DNA of 64,000 bases from an uncultured Gammaproteobacteria bacterium (GCA_964599455.1 CAZREA010000001.1:135687-199686), one strand, 5' to 3'. Shown: positions 47,508 through 57,826, counted from the first letter of the stretch. Notes: generated by a model from the sequence alone, not told the origin. Numbers and translations are program-made.

Positions 47508-47966
47508 ATGTCTTTACCTCGCTCAGAATCACTTCATCTCCATGGAGAACGAGAACGTCTGATTGACATGTTTCTTCATCAAGATATTTTTATACCTGAA
47601 ATATTGTATAAACCCGATCAAAGTACTCCGCGAACGCGAGAAGTAACATGGGGAACCATTGCGTGCCAAGAAGGTATCGCTACAAAAATACTCAGACATG
47701 TCGGTATAACCAAAGAAGATATCGAAAAACGAGTAACAACGCTTAAAAAAGCAGGAGATCAGCGAATCGAAACAAAATCTATCACTCCCGCCTATAAAAC
47801 AGTAGATATTTCTACTCTTTCCTTGCAACACGAAAGCTTTTTAGAAGAACTTGAAAAAATCGATCCGGAAAATACCGAAATCATGCAATACATTATCTCA
47901 TCTCGAACAGTATTTGATCAGTGGTTCAAAATTGCGCAACGTCTTTTTAGCAAAGGGGAAGCTTAA
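47508..47966 (+). CDS. hypothetical protein
   Basis: Start uncertain. Helical segment with faint Clp-N-like character, otherwise unrecognised. Confidence 0.3.
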   Translation: MSLPRSESLHLHGERERLIDMFLHQDIFIPEILYKPDQSTPRTREVTWGTIACQEGIATKILRHVGITKEDIEKRVTTLKKAGDQRIETKSITPAYKTVDISTLSLQHESFLEELEKIDPENTEIMQYIISSRTVFDQWFKIAQRLFSKGEA

Positions 47967-48034
47967 AATTCTTATAAAAAGAAACGACCCTCCGGGACAG
48001 GAGGGCCGATGAGCGATTACGAGCGAGCGGATAT

Positions 48035-49225
48035 CTAAGCGTAGCCAGACGTCCGCTCGCGATGTTTGTTGTGCACGGCCCAGGCCGCTATGCCCAGGTT
48101 CACCAGCAAGGTCCCGAGAAACACCAGTCCCACAGCCCAGCCCGCAGGCTCGACGGTGAGATAGCGAAACTCGGCGAACTGCTTACGCTTCCACTTTTCT
48201 TCCACGAGCGGAATCGCGGTGTTCACGATGGCCACCAGATTGAGCGGGCCCATGTTCGCAGCGTAGTCGCGAAGCTCGATCTTGAGCTCCTCGACTTCCG
48301 TCCACGAGAACACGTGGCTCCACTGGACCTTGCCACTGTCGTCGACGCCGAGCGTGATGACGAGCTCATTCTTGTTGCCGCGCTTCCAGAACTGCTCCTG
48401 GAGCATGCCCGCCTCGAGAGGCTGGTTGCGGAAGACGAGAACGAAGATCCTCACCTGCTTGGCCCGACCGAGCTTGGCGTTGGCGATCCGCAGGATCTCC
48501 TCGGCCTTGACCTGCGTCGAATCCCCGTTGCCGAGAATCGACTTCTGGCCGTAGAACCCGCTGATGGCTGGATACTCGAACAGATGGTAGCTCGCTCGGT
48601 CGAGGTCCGAGACATCTTGGAAGTTGAAGATGCTGCTGCTTGCCTGCACGCGGTTCTCGTACGTGTGCTTGGTGAACACCGCCTCGAGGGTCTCATCGCT
48701 GTTGTCAGCTTTCTCATCCCACTCGGCGACGTACTTGTCGCCGTCTTTGGAGTGATAGTCACGATTGAGCTCTACGCGGCGAGCGTTGCCGAAGCGATCG
48801 ACGAGTTCCTGGTACTTGCCCTTGCTGACCGTGACCGTCTGGCCGTTGCTGTCCTTGATCTGCCAGACCGGAGGATGATCCTCGACGTCGTAGTTGTGCT
48901 CTTTTCCACAGTCCACCCGCTCGGTCTTGGTCGTGGTCCCACCTTTGCCGTCAGGGACCGTGACCTCCTTGTCGCAGTACTTGGTGTGGGTACACGGTAC
49001 TTCTTCATCCCAGCGCTCGTAGTATTCGGCGACCTTGACGTAGCCGCCCCAGTACTCGGTGTCTGAGGTCTGAACCTTCTCGACGCCCCACTTGGCGAGG
49101 CCGATAAAGGCGAGGGGGATGCCGAAAAGGAGCAAGTACTCCCAGACGACGATGTGGTGCTTGTACGTCCGGAGTAGGACGATGGCGACCAGCACAGGGA
49201 TCGCCACCGCCCCCCAGATGATCAC
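48035..49225 (-). CDS. membrane protein (two N-terminal TM, one C-terminal TM, large central domain), LemA-associated
   Basis: High-GC islet. Its start overlaps the LemA stop. Confidence 0.5.
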   Translation of the reverse strand: MIIWGAVAIPVLVAIVLLRTYKHHIVVWEYLLLFGIPLAFIGLAKWGVEKVQTSDTEYWGGYVKVAEYYERWDEEVPCTHTKYCDKEVTVPDGKGGTTTKTERVDCGKEHNYDVEDHPPVWQIKDSNGQTVTVSKGKYQELVDRFGNARRVELNRDYHSKDGDKYVAEWDEKADNSDETLEAVFTKHTYENRVQASSSIFNFQDVSDLDRASYHLFEYPAISGFYGQKSILGNGDSTQVKAEEILRIANAKLGRAKQVRIFVLVFRNQPLEAGMLQEQFWKRGNKNELVITLGVDDSGKVQWSHVFSWTEVEELKIELRDYAANMGPLNLVAIVNTAIPLVEEKWKRKQFAEFRYLTVEPAGWAVGLVFLGTLLVNLGIAAWAVHNKHRERTSGYA

Positions 49226-49782
49226 TGGGTGCCGCCGGACTTCAGGTTGAAGAGCTCGACGTCGTTCTCCTGACCGCTGCCGAAGGCGGCTTCGGTCTTG
49301 GCGGAGGTGACCACGATGATCTCGATGGGCGGGCGGTCGCCGACGAAGATCGAGCTCGGCAGGGTCTGAAGCAGGGTGTCGTGCTCGCGCTTGAGGTCGA
49401 TGAGCTCCTGCTGCTCGCGGGTGAACGCCGTGCGCTGCGCCTCGATCGAGGTCATCAACTTGCCGAAGAGCTCGGGGCTGATGTCGATCTTAGCCTGCGT
49501 GAAGAAGGAGGCGAGCGCGCCGCTGCCGGCCACACCCCTGGTGTCCTGCATGATCTGGCTGTAGGTGGCGCGGAAGGACTCGCGCTCCGTCTGCGCGACC
49601 CCGGCCTGCGACTGCAGGATCTTCCAGGTGTTGTCGAAGACGGCCTCGTTCGACTTCTGTTGCGCAACGACCTGGTTGCGGAGGCGGACCTCGGCGTTGG
49701 AGGACGAGACGTACATGATGCCCGCGATGAGGGCGAAGGCGAACATGGCGAGCGCCATGACGAGAGGAACCTTGGACTGCAT
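49222..49782 (-). CDS. lemA: LemA family protein
   Basis: N-terminal TM (MQSKVPLVMALAMFAF). C-terminal TLLQTLPSSIF resembles the LemA ...TFPSNLVA motif. High GC. Confidence 0.6.
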   Translation of the reverse strand: MQSKVPLVMALAMFAFALIAGIMYVSSSNAEVRLRNQVVAQQKSNEAVFDNTWKILQSQAGVAQTERESFRATYSQIMQDTRGVAGSGALASFFTQAKIDISPELFGKLMTSIEAQRTAFTREQQELIDLKREHDTLLQTLPSSIFVGDRPPIEIIVVTSAKTEAAFGSGQENDVELFNLKSGGTQ

Positions 49783-49935
49783 GAGCAACTCCTGATTGCA
49801 AGTGAAGTTTCGAGTGAAATCGGCCAAAGACCGACGCGGCAGAGTGACAGAAAATCTGATAAATGTCAATCAAAAACCCTAAAAAGTCTGCTAAGATAAG
49901 TGGAGGAACCTTGATAGTCTTACGCTCTTATCACT

Positions 49936-50709
49936 ATGGCCGTGCTGAACATCTACAAACCCTTAGGATGGACGCCATTGCGAGTGCTCGATCATCTGCG
50001 CAAACAAGATCCGAGTCTGCGAAATACACCCATGACCTATGCCGGACGGCTGGATCCAATGGCTGAAGGTGTGCTTTTAGTCTTGACTGATGAAGATCGA
50101 TTGAAAAAAGAAGAGTTCATGAAACTGCATAAAGCGTACGAAGCGACATTTCTTTTTGGTTTTTCTACTGATTCGTATGATGCACTGGGACTGGCAAACC
50201 AAGGTTCTTTCGTTGATCAAAAGACAATTGCAACAGAGTTGCAGTTGTTAAAAGGCGTGCACAATCTTCCCTTCCCTCCTTACTCTTCTTACAAAGTACA
50301 AGGCAAACCACTCCATTGGTGGGCGCATCATCAACGTCTTGATGAAATTTTTCTTCCGATTAAAAAAATGCACGTCTTACACGTCAGCGACATCTCTCTT
50401 AAAACATGTTCTGCGCAAAATGTACTCAAAAATATCACTGATACCATCAGTCTTGTCACTGGCGATTTTCGTCAGGAAGCTTGTATTGATCGCTGGCGTT
50501 CTCTGCTTACAAATGACGAGATACTCATAACCGCAACGCTTACGCTTGAGGTAACCAGTGGAACATATATTCGATCTCTCGCTCATGCACTTGGTGAAAA
50601 ACTGGGATGCGGAGCATTACTTTTACATCTCAAGCGAACTGCTGTAGGAGAGTATCGTATCGATAGCTCTCTTCATCTCACCGAAACAACGTCGCATGAG
50701 TACCTGTAG
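49936..50709 (+). CDS. truB: tRNA pseudouridine(55) synthase TruB (short form)
   Basis: YAGRLDPMAEGVLLVLT catalytic-Asp motif. 257 aa. Confidence 0.85.
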   Translation: MAVLNIYKPLGWTPLRVLDHLRKQDPSLRNTPMTYAGRLDPMAEGVLLVLTDEDRLKKEEFMKLHKAYEATFLFGFSTDSYDALGLANQGSFVDQKTIATELQLLKGVHNLPFPPYSSYKVQGKPLHWWAHHQRLDEIFLPIKKMHVLHVSDISLKTCSAQNVLKNITDTISLVTGDFRQEACIDRWRSLLTNDEILITATLTLEVTSGTYIRSLAHALGEKLGCGALLLHLKRTAVGEYRIDSSLHLTETTSHEYL

Positions 50710-50956
50710 CAAAAAGCTCAAGGATTAACTCCTCGTCCTGATATCGATAGATGAGCAACCAATCCGGTGCAATATGACACTCACGAAATCCACGAAGCTG
50801 ACCAGTTAATGCATGGTCTTTCTGCGTTATTGAAAGAACTTTCCCGAGACGTAAAGTTTCAATGGTTTTTTCAAGCTTCTGGAACAATAAAGGATCGATT
50901 TTACGTAATTTCTTTACTTATTTACGAAAGCGCTTCGAGGGAACAACCGTGAACAT
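50678..50956 (-). pseudogene. yafQ: YafQ/RelE-family type II toxin gene with in-frame TAA at codon 13 (50918-50920)
   Basis: MFTVVPSKRFRK-stop-VKKLRKIDPLLFQKLEKTIETL...ECHIAPDWLLIYRY. ATG lies 3 nt after the dinJ stop. The 69-aa downstream ORF on the track is the remnant. Confidence 0.6.
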
Positions 50957-50958
50957 AT

Positions 50959-51288
50959 TTATTCCGCCAGATCCTTCATGAGAGCTTTCGCGGATGTATA
51001 CCCTTTTATTTTACCTTTTTTAAAAGCTTTTAATGTTGCATTAGATTCCCTGATAAGTTGCTTCTCTTGTTCGGGAGTAAATCCATTTTCGGTTAAGACG
51101 GAAAAAGGGATCCCTTGAGTAATATCAATTTGCCGGAGATACATCTTAATAGCCGTACTCATATCCAAACCCAGAGTATTCAACACTCGGTTTGCATTTT
51201 TCTTTGTTTTTTCATCGACACGAACTTGAATTGTTTGCATAGGATCAATAATCGCTTTCACGATATCGCTCTGTAGTGCTACTGTCAA
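50959..51288 (-). CDS. dinJ: DinJ/RelB-family type II antitoxin
   Basis: IQVRVDEKTKKNANRVLNTLGLDMSTAIKMYLRQI ribbon-helix-helix N-terminus typical of DinJ. Confidence 0.75.
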   Translation of the reverse strand: MTVALQSDIVKAIIDPMQTIQVRVDEKTKKNANRVLNTLGLDMSTAIKMYLRQIDITQGIPFSVLTENGFTPEQEKQLIRESNATLKAFKKGKIKGYTSAKALMKDLAE

Positions 51289-51406
51289 TACATAATTTCT
51301 CCATCTTTATCTTTTCTTTTGTACATCACCGCAATATACAGATGAAAAAGATAACAGCGTCCGCATCGGAAATTCCGATACAAACGCTGTTCGATGACCA
51401 TCTCTC

Positions 51407-51631
51407 TCACGCTTTGTCGACCATCTCCCAGACAGTATCGTAATAGACTCCCTGCCCCGTCTTGCGGACGGTTACCTGGAGATGAGTCCAGGTATACATC
51501 GCCTCAAGGACCTGGGAAACTCCTCGAGACTGCATACCCGCTTCGTATGCAATATCCCGGACCGTTGCCCGACCACCAAGTTGCCGCAAAGCCTGCGCAA
51601 CCTTTTGCTGTCGCTGCTTAAGAGCTGCCAT
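51407..51631 (-). CDS. small winged-helix DNA-binding protein
   Basis: 74 aa from Met MAALKQ. ATVRDIAYEAGMQSRGVSQVLEAM helix-turn-helix segment. Divergent from trhO. Confidence 0.4.
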   Translation of the reverse strand: MAALKQRQQKVAQALRQLGGRATVRDIAYEAGMQSRGVSQVLEAMYTWTHLQVTVRKTGQGVYYDTVWEMVDKA

Positions 51632-51719
51632 ACACACCTCCGAAGAAAGCATAAAAGAAAAAAGACGCTTCTGACAAGTCATATTGAAAAAAGCTACGAA
51701 TTCCTTATACTATCGCGAC

Positions 51720-52631
51720 ATGAATCCGGAATACGAAATCATCATCTTCTATAAATACACACCGGTGGCTGATCCGGTTGGTTTTGTGGCGTGGCAAAAG
51801 AAAACATGTGAGGAGATCGGAATTAAAGGACGTATCCTCATTGCTCATGAAGGCATCAATGGCACCGTTGAAGGTACACCAGAGCAAATCGCCGAATATG
51901 AGTCTCGCATGCGATCGCAAAATGGATCCGCCGGAACATTCGGTAATTTTTCCGATATCTGGCTTAAAGCAAGTCCGGGAACAGGAAAAGCATTCCCTAA
52001 ACTCAAAGTCAAAGCGCGCAAAGAAATTGTGACGACCGGTCTTCCCGTAGAAAAGGATATTGATCCGAATCGCGTCACCGGAAAACATCTCGAACCAGAA
52101 GAGCTTAAAAAATGGATTGAGAATGGCGAAGACTTTGAGATCATCGACATGCGCAACGACTACGAATACGCGGTCGGACATTTCGCCAAATCACATAACA
52201 GTCGCATGAGAAATTTCCGTGACCTGGAAAAAGTTGTTCCGGAATTTTCATCACTCAAGGAAAAGAAAGTGCTCACAGTTTGTACGTATGGCGTGCGCTG
52301 CGAAAAAGCATCGGGCTATTTAGTTGAACAGGGTTTTAAAGACGTGTATCAACTTGATGGTGGCATCGGCACCTACATGAAAAAATATCCTGGCCAAGAT
52401 TTTCTCGGCTCACTGTATGTTTTTGATGATCGCATGATTGAGCGTTGGACCGATCAGTACGAAGTGATTGGTCGTTGCGTTTCGTGCAATACACAAAGCG
52501 AACGCTACGGCAATTGTGCCTGGCACGAATGTCATAAGCAGCTGATTATTTGCGAGACATGTACGAGCAAATCGATTTGGTGTTCTGAAGCGTGTGAGAG
52601 AGAATCTCGGAGCGTTGTGAGTGAATCGTAA
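51720..52631 (+). CDS. trhO: rhodanese-domain tRNA uridine(34) hydroxylase TrhO (UPF0176/YceA)
   Basis: UPF0176 N-terminal domain plus rhodanese active site CTYGVRCEKAS. C-terminal Cys cluster. Confidence 0.8.
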   Translation: MNPEYEIIIFYKYTPVADPVGFVAWQKKTCEEIGIKGRILIAHEGINGTVEGTPEQIAEYESRMRSQNGSAGTFGNFSDIWLKASPGTGKAFPKLKVKARKEIVTTGLPVEKDIDPNRVTGKHLEPEELKKWIENGEDFEIIDMRNDYEYAVGHFAKSHNSRMRNFRDLEKVVPEFSSLKEKKVLTVCTYGVRCEKASGYLVEQGFKDVYQLDGGIGTYMKKYPGQDFLGSLYVFDDRMIERWTDQYEVIGRCVSCNTQSERYGNCAWHECHKQLIICETCTSKSIWCSEACERESRSVVSES

Positions 52632-52667
52632 AATTGAGGATATTTTTCTCGTAAAAAAGAGAATTAT

Positions 52668-53694
52668 CATGTATAAAAATTGGTACATGAAATATCTTTT
52701 TTCTTTCTTGTTCATTTTTCTTTTTCCTCATACAGCTTTCGCTGCTGACATTGTCGACATTACCTTTCCCGTCGGCAGTAGTGACGTCACCTTTAGCGAT
52801 GACTTTGATTCGCCTCGCAGTGGTGGGCGTGTGCATGAAGCTATCGACATCATGGCCGATAAAATGACACCGATTCTAGCTGCGCAAGATGGACGAGTCA
52901 CCTTTGCACCAATGGAAGAACCCAGTTATGGCTACATGCTCACCATTCGAGGAAGCGATGGCTATACCTACACCTACATTCACATCAACAACGATACGCC
53001 CGGAACCGATGACGGCGACGGCGGTCCTGAGTATGCGTACGTAGACGGTATTGAAGAAGGCGAACGCGTGGAACGAGGTGAGCACATTGCCTGGGTAGGT
53101 GACAGTGGCAATGCCGAAGACATTGGATCGCATTTGCATTTTGTCATGGAAGACGAAGATGGTGTCGCCTTCAATCCCTACGAATCACTGGTAGCAGCAT
53201 ACGAGGATGCGCAGACGCTTGAGCTCTCGTTTGATCCCGAAATCGAACTCGCAAACGCAACATCTATAAATGTCGATAAAGATATTGCAGAAACCGATGA
53301 TGAAACGTTATGCGAATCCGATTCGCTCATTCGCACACTTGAAGTTTCCACCGTTTATTATTGCGGACAGGATGGTGGTCGCTATGTTTTTCAAAATGAA
53401 AGTACCTTCTTTTCGTGGTATGACGATTTTTCTGCGGTCACCTATGTAACGACCGAAGAGATGGGCGATATTCCTCTAAAAGGCGTTGTCACCTACAAAC
53501 CTGGATCATACATGGTGAAACTGTTAAGTAGTCCGAAGGTGTACGCAATCGGACAAAATGGAACCCTGCACTTTATTCCCTCAACCGCAATCGCCGAAGC
53601 GCTCTACGGAGAAAACTGGGCTTCATATATACGCGATCTTCCTGATAGCTTTTTTCCGGCGTACGAAATTGGTGACGAGGTGACAAGCGAGTAA
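52668..53694 (+). CDS. M23 family metallopeptidase with C-terminal domain shared with the acidic repeat protein at 37798..39177
   Basis: Signal peptide. HEAIDI (HxxxD) and GSHLHF (HxH) M23 motifs. C-terminal VYYCGQDGGRYVFQNESTFFSWYDDF module. Confidence 0.8.
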
Positions 53695-53771
53695 AAATCT
53701 TCTTAAACAAACAACCGCCCCACAAGCAGGCGATTGCATGCTTGGGACGGTGAGATGAAGACTGACCGGTA

Positions 53772-54257
53772 TTACGAGCTGACACCTTGTCGACTACGCA
53801 ACGCGCGCCAGGCCTGTACATGCCCCGCGACTCCCGGTTGTTTCAGAAAAAGCAGGAAAGTACCCACTATCCGAAGCTTGAGGAACTTTGCAAGTTCGGT
53901 GTCACTTTGAAGTTCCCGGACGATTTTTGCTCCCGCCTCGCCCAATACATCAACATTGAGGCAAGAACCGCGACCCTTGCTGTCGCCAGCCAGAGCCGCA
54001 TCCACAATGCTTTCAATGTCATCTTTCGTGGCCCAGAGCTCAAGCCTGGCCCAGATCGGAGTGCCGGCTTCCAATCTCGAACCGCCGATCCCGACCAGAA
54101 TGTGGTCATATCCCTCGCACAGACCAATGTCGACGATGGGCAAGGTGTCGAACACCGGAAATGGCATCGGCCTCTCGGGAGCATCGTCATTGAGATCGAT
54201 GCCGCCATATTCCTCAAATCGATTTCCAAAGACCGACGCGGCAGAGTGACCGTGCAT
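53772..54257 (-). CDS. hypothetical protein in a high-GC islet
   Basis: Start trimmed to MHGHSAAS. ~60% GC versus the low-GC flanks. No motif recognised. Confidence 0.35.
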   Translation of the reverse strand: MHGHSAASVFGNRFEEYGGIDLNDDAPERPMPFPVFDTLPIVDIGLCEGYDHILVGIGGSRLEAGTPIWARLELWATKDDIESIVDAALAGDSKGRGSCLNVDVLGEAGAKIVRELQSDTELAKFLKLRIVGTFLLFLKQPGVAGHVQAWRALRSRQGVSS

Positions 54258-54439
54258 GCTTGAGCATGGCAATCTCCTTTCAGAGGATAATGAGGGGGAA
54301 AGCACAGAACGTGTACGTAACACGGAGTATATATAAATCTTGGCATTTGTAAATCCCGACAAGAGATGAACACAACTTCTCAATGCAACCCCTCATCCTT
54401 GCTTCTTTTTAAAAACTAGTGTAAGGTAAGCAAAATATT

Positions 54440-55015
54440 ATGAACAATTTCTTTGGGGACCGAGGCGGAAGTGGCAAATCAGGCGGTAAATCCTTTGGTG
54501 GCAAGCGTTTTGGCGGTGCACCTTCATGGAAAAAAGGTCCTCAAGATCGTGGTGGTTTTGATAAACAAATGTTCGATGCCACGTGCGGTGAATGTGGCCG
54601 TGAATGCCAGGTGCCATTCAAGCCCATGGGCAATCGTCCCGTTTTTTGTAGTAATTGCTTCAAAAAAGAAGATGGTGGCAACGAGTCTTCCGGCCGTTTT
54701 CAAGAACGCCGCTCTTTTGATCGCCCTTCGTTCAATGATCGCCCTTCGTTTAACGATCGCCGCCCAAGCGCCCCTTCGTTTGAACAACGCAGTGGTCCAA
54801 GCAACAAAGACATGCAGGACTTGCGTGAACAATTAAAAACCATCAACGTCAAACTCAACACCATTCTCCAAGCCCTTGCCCCTGCACAAATGAGTGAAGA
54901 GGAAGAACTCCTGCACGAAATTTCTCTTGCCAAACCAGAAAAAGCAGAAAAGGTTGTCGCGAAGAAAAAAGTGACCAAGGCAAAGAAAGCAAAGGCTGAA
55001 GAAGAAAGTGAATAA
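54440..55015 (+). CDS. zinc-ribbon protein with Gly/Arg-rich N-terminus and Lys-rich C-terminus
   Basis: CGECGRECQVPFKPMGNRPVFCSNCF (CxxC-x17-CxxC). Low-complexity tails. Confidence 0.55.
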   Translation: MNNFFGDRGGSGKSGGKSFGGKRFGGAPSWKKGPQDRGGFDKQMFDATCGECGRECQVPFKPMGNRPVFCSNCFKKEDGGNESSGRFQERRSFDRPSFNDRPSFNDRRPSAPSFEQRSGPSNKDMQDLREQLKTINVKLNTILQALAPAQMSEEEELLHEISLAKPEKAEKVVAKKKVTKAKKAKAEEESE

Positions 55016-55020
55016 TACAA

Positions 55021-55050
55021 AGAACCGGTCTCACGACTGGTTCTTTTTTT
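55021..55050 (+). terminator. rho-independent terminator
   Basis: agaaccggtc-tcac-gactggttct hairpin plus TTTTTTT. Confidence 0.55.
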
Positions 55051-55141
55051 AGCTATTACAGGCTATACCTCAGTTTGCCGATGTGAAATTGTCTTTTTAA
55101 TTAAGATGTGGTCTACTGGAGGCCTTTGTTTTGCACATTCT

Positions 55142-56593
55142 ATGGACCATGGCGATGTTATTGTACGGTTTGAAAATGTGACCTTTGGCTATGATGCCGA
55201 GAATCCCGTGCTTGAAGAAGCCAGTTTTTCGGTACGCGAAAATGCCAAAATGACCATCATGGGTCAAAACGGTGCCGGAAAAAGCACGATTCTCAAACTC
55301 CTTACCGGACCACTGAAGCCTGATCGCGGTGAAATCCATATTCAACAAGGAGCAAAAATTGCCATCGCCACACAGGTGATGCCGCGTGAGCAAATGGAAC
55401 ATACGGTTACCGAATTCTTTGCTACGGCCTTTGGCGAAAAAATGTACGATCTTGATAAACGCATTGCCGATGTTTTAGAGACGGTCAATCTGGTAACGCC
55501 ATTTGATAAAAAAATTAAAGATTTTTCCGGCGGTCAACAAGCACGTTTGTTGCTTGCCTATGCACTCATTCAAGAGCCGGATATTTTACTTCTTGATGAG
55601 CCGACGAACAATCTCGATGTTGATGGTATTGCCCATCTCACGGCATTTTTGATTATGTATCCGAAAACGGTTCTCGTTATTTCTCACGATGCCGATTTCT
55701 TGAATACCTTTACCGAAGGTGTCTTACATCTTGATGTCTACACAGGCAAAGTTGATAAATACGACGGCAACTATTTTGATGTGGTGGAAGAAATTTCCGC
55801 ACGACTTGAACGCGATCGCATGAAAAATGCGCGATTATTAAAAGAGATCCAAGATCGTAAAGATAAAATTAACTTTTTTGCACACAAGGGTGGAAAGATG
55901 CGCAAGCTTGCAAGCAAATTGCGCGATCAAGTCGAAGACGCCGAAGACAACATGGTCGAGGTCCGACGCGATGATCGCACGATTCGTGACTTCACGATTC
56001 CCGCACAAACCTGGTCCGACAATGTGGTCACCATCTCGTCGGTAAAGGTCATCAAAAATCATGAACCGCATCGCGCAGACGTGAAAGTGTATTTACGTAA
56101 AGGACAACGTCTGCTGATCTCAGGACCAAATGGAATTGGGAAAAGCACTTTTTTACGCACATTAGCAGAAGGAAAAGATGAAGGCGCAATCATCGCCAAA
56201 GATGTGAACGTCGGCTATTACCGACAAGATTTTTCTGGTCTTGATTTTGCAGAAACTGCCTATAAATCACTCGAGTCGATGATGCCCGTTCCGGACAATC
56301 AAACCATTCGTGCCGTTGGTGCACACTTCTTGCTCAATGGTGATGCGCTCGCAACACAAGTGGGATCGCTTTCCGAGGGGCAAAAAGGACTTCTCTGTTT
56401 TGCACGTTTCGTGTTACAGAAACCCGGTCTCTTAATCCTCGACGAACCCACCAATCACATCAACTTCCGCCATCTCCCCGTCATTGCTCGTGCATTACAA
56501 AACTACGAAGGCTGCATCATCATGGTCAGCCACGCGCCAGACTTTGTGAAAGAAATTGAGTTTACGCAAACATTGGACTTGGGAAGTCTTTAA
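55142..56593 (+). CDS. ABC-F family ATPase (two NBDs, no TMD)
   Basis: Two sets of Walker A / signature / Walker B (GQNGAGKST, FSGGQQAR, LLLDEPTN; GPNGIGKST, LSEGQKG, LILDEPTN). Confidence 0.85.
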   Translation: MDHGDVIVRFENVTFGYDAENPVLEEASFSVRENAKMTIMGQNGAGKSTILKLLTGPLKPDRGEIHIQQGAKIAIATQVMPREQMEHTVTEFFATAFGEKMYDLDKRIADVLETVNLVTPFDKKIKDFSGGQQARLLLAYALIQEPDILLLDEPTNNLDVDGIAHLTAFLIMYPKTVLVISHDADFLNTFTEGVLHLDVYTGKVDKYDGNYFDVVEEISARLERDRMKNARLLKEIQDRKDKINFFAHKGGKMRKLASKLRDQVEDAEDNMVEVRRDDRTIRDFTIPAQTWSDNVVTISSVKVIKNHEPHRADVKVYLRKGQRLLISGPNGIGKSTFLRTLAEGKDEGAIIAKDVNVGYYRQDFSGLDFAETAYKSLESMMPVPDNQTIRAVGAHFLLNGDALATQVGSLSEGQKGLLCFARFVLQKPGLLILDEPTNHINFRHLPVIARALQNYEGCIIMVSHAPDFVKEIEFTQTLDLGSL

Positions 56594-56604
56594 TCGAGTT
56601 GGCA

Positions 56605-57111
56605 TTATTTCACTCTGATAACTTCATACATCACCTTCCGATCGGCAACCGTCACCTCAACACAATCTCCAACGCGGCATCCAATCAACGCCGATCCTAC
56701 CGGCGATACATGCGAAATAGTTCCCATACCCGGACGAACTTCGTGCGAACCGAGAATCGTCAATGTCTGTTCTTTATCTTGTACACAAACAATCACTTTT
56801 GATCCCAGTCGAACAACACCATCAACAGAAGGCTCGGCAGAAATAATCATCGCTTGTGCAAGAAGGAGTTCAAGACGCGTGATGCGACTGAGCATTCGTC
56901 GCAAATGTTGTTTGGCGTATTGATAGGCCGCATTTTCCGACAAATCCCCCATCGCTCCTAAACGTGCTACTTCTTCTGCAGCCGCAATCCGCTCTTTCTT
57001 TAATCGTTCTAATTCTTTTTGATACTTGTCATATGCCGCTTGCGTCAAATAGGTATCATCTTGTTGCGAAAATTGTTTTTCGCGCTCTGCTTTTCGGGTA
57101 GGAAGACGCAT
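56605..57111 (-). CDS. greA: transcription elongation factor GreA
   Basis: Coiled-coil N-domain with the DLSENAAY acidic tip. C-terminal FKBP-like domain (SPVGSALIG..GD). Confidence 0.85.
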   Translation of the reverse strand: MRLPTRKAEREKQFSQQDDTYLTQAAYDKYQKELERLKKERIAAAEEVARLGAMGDLSENAAYQYAKQHLRRMLSRITRLELLLAQAMIISAEPSVDGVVRLGSKVIVCVQDKEQTLTILGSHEVRPGMGTISHVSPVGSALIGCRVGDCVEVTVADRKVMYEVIRVK

Positions 57112-57140
57112 AGTTTTTCCTATGATAATCTGATATTCAT

Positions 57141-57740
57141 ATGAACCTCAAGCAGCAGACCATCGATACCTACAATAAAACAGCAAAAGAAATGGCCAAC
57201 AAATTCAACGCCATAGGAACTCGCGTGAAAGATATTCAACACGCATTTTCATTGGCAAAGAAAGAGGATCCGATTGTTTTAGAGATTGGTTGTGGCAATG
57301 GTAGAGATGCAGCCGAAATCGTACGTCATACGAAGAGCTATCTTGGTATAGATATCTCATCAGTCATGATCGACCTTGCTCAAGGATATGTTCCGGAAGG
57401 GAAGTTTATCGTCGCCGATATCGATAACTATGATTTTCCTGAAGGAATTGATCTCATCTTTTCCTTCGCCTCCCTTTTGCATAGCGATCGAGATCACGTA
57501 CAAGATATCCTTCGACGCGCACATGCTGCACTCAATACTGACGGTATCTTTTTTATCTCGTTGAAAATGGATGCGTATCAACAAAAAATACAAGAAGATG
57601 CCTTTGGTTTGCGCGTCTTCTATTTTTATACGCCAGAGCTTATCAAGGAAATGGCAGGAAAAATGTACGAAACGATATTTCTAGAAACTCAAGAGCATCT
57701 TGGTCAGCAGTGGTTTAGCATCATCTTGCGGAAGAAATAA
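57141..57740 (+). CDS. class I SAM-dependent methyltransferase
   Basis: VLEIGCGNGRDAAEI motif I. Confidence 0.75.
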   Translation: MNLKQQTIDTYNKTAKEMANKFNAIGTRVKDIQHAFSLAKKEDPIVLEIGCGNGRDAAEIVRHTKSYLGIDISSVMIDLAQGYVPEGKFIVADIDNYDFPEGIDLIFSFASLLHSDRDHVQDILRRAHAALNTDGIFFISLKMDAYQQKIQEDAFGLRVFYFYTPELIKEMAGKMYETIFLETQEHLGQQWFSIILRKK

Positions 57741-57826
57741 ATCCTCATCGGCTCATGTTTCCGTAACACAAAACGCACCCCACAGGCAGGCACGTTTTGT
57801 GCTGTTCGTGGCGTGCGTACAAAAGA

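Noticed and set aside
48062-49066. 334-aa plus-strand ORF antisense to the LemA-associated membrane protein
   Set aside because: High-GC antisense frame. The minus strand gives a coherent TM-domain protein coupled to lemA.
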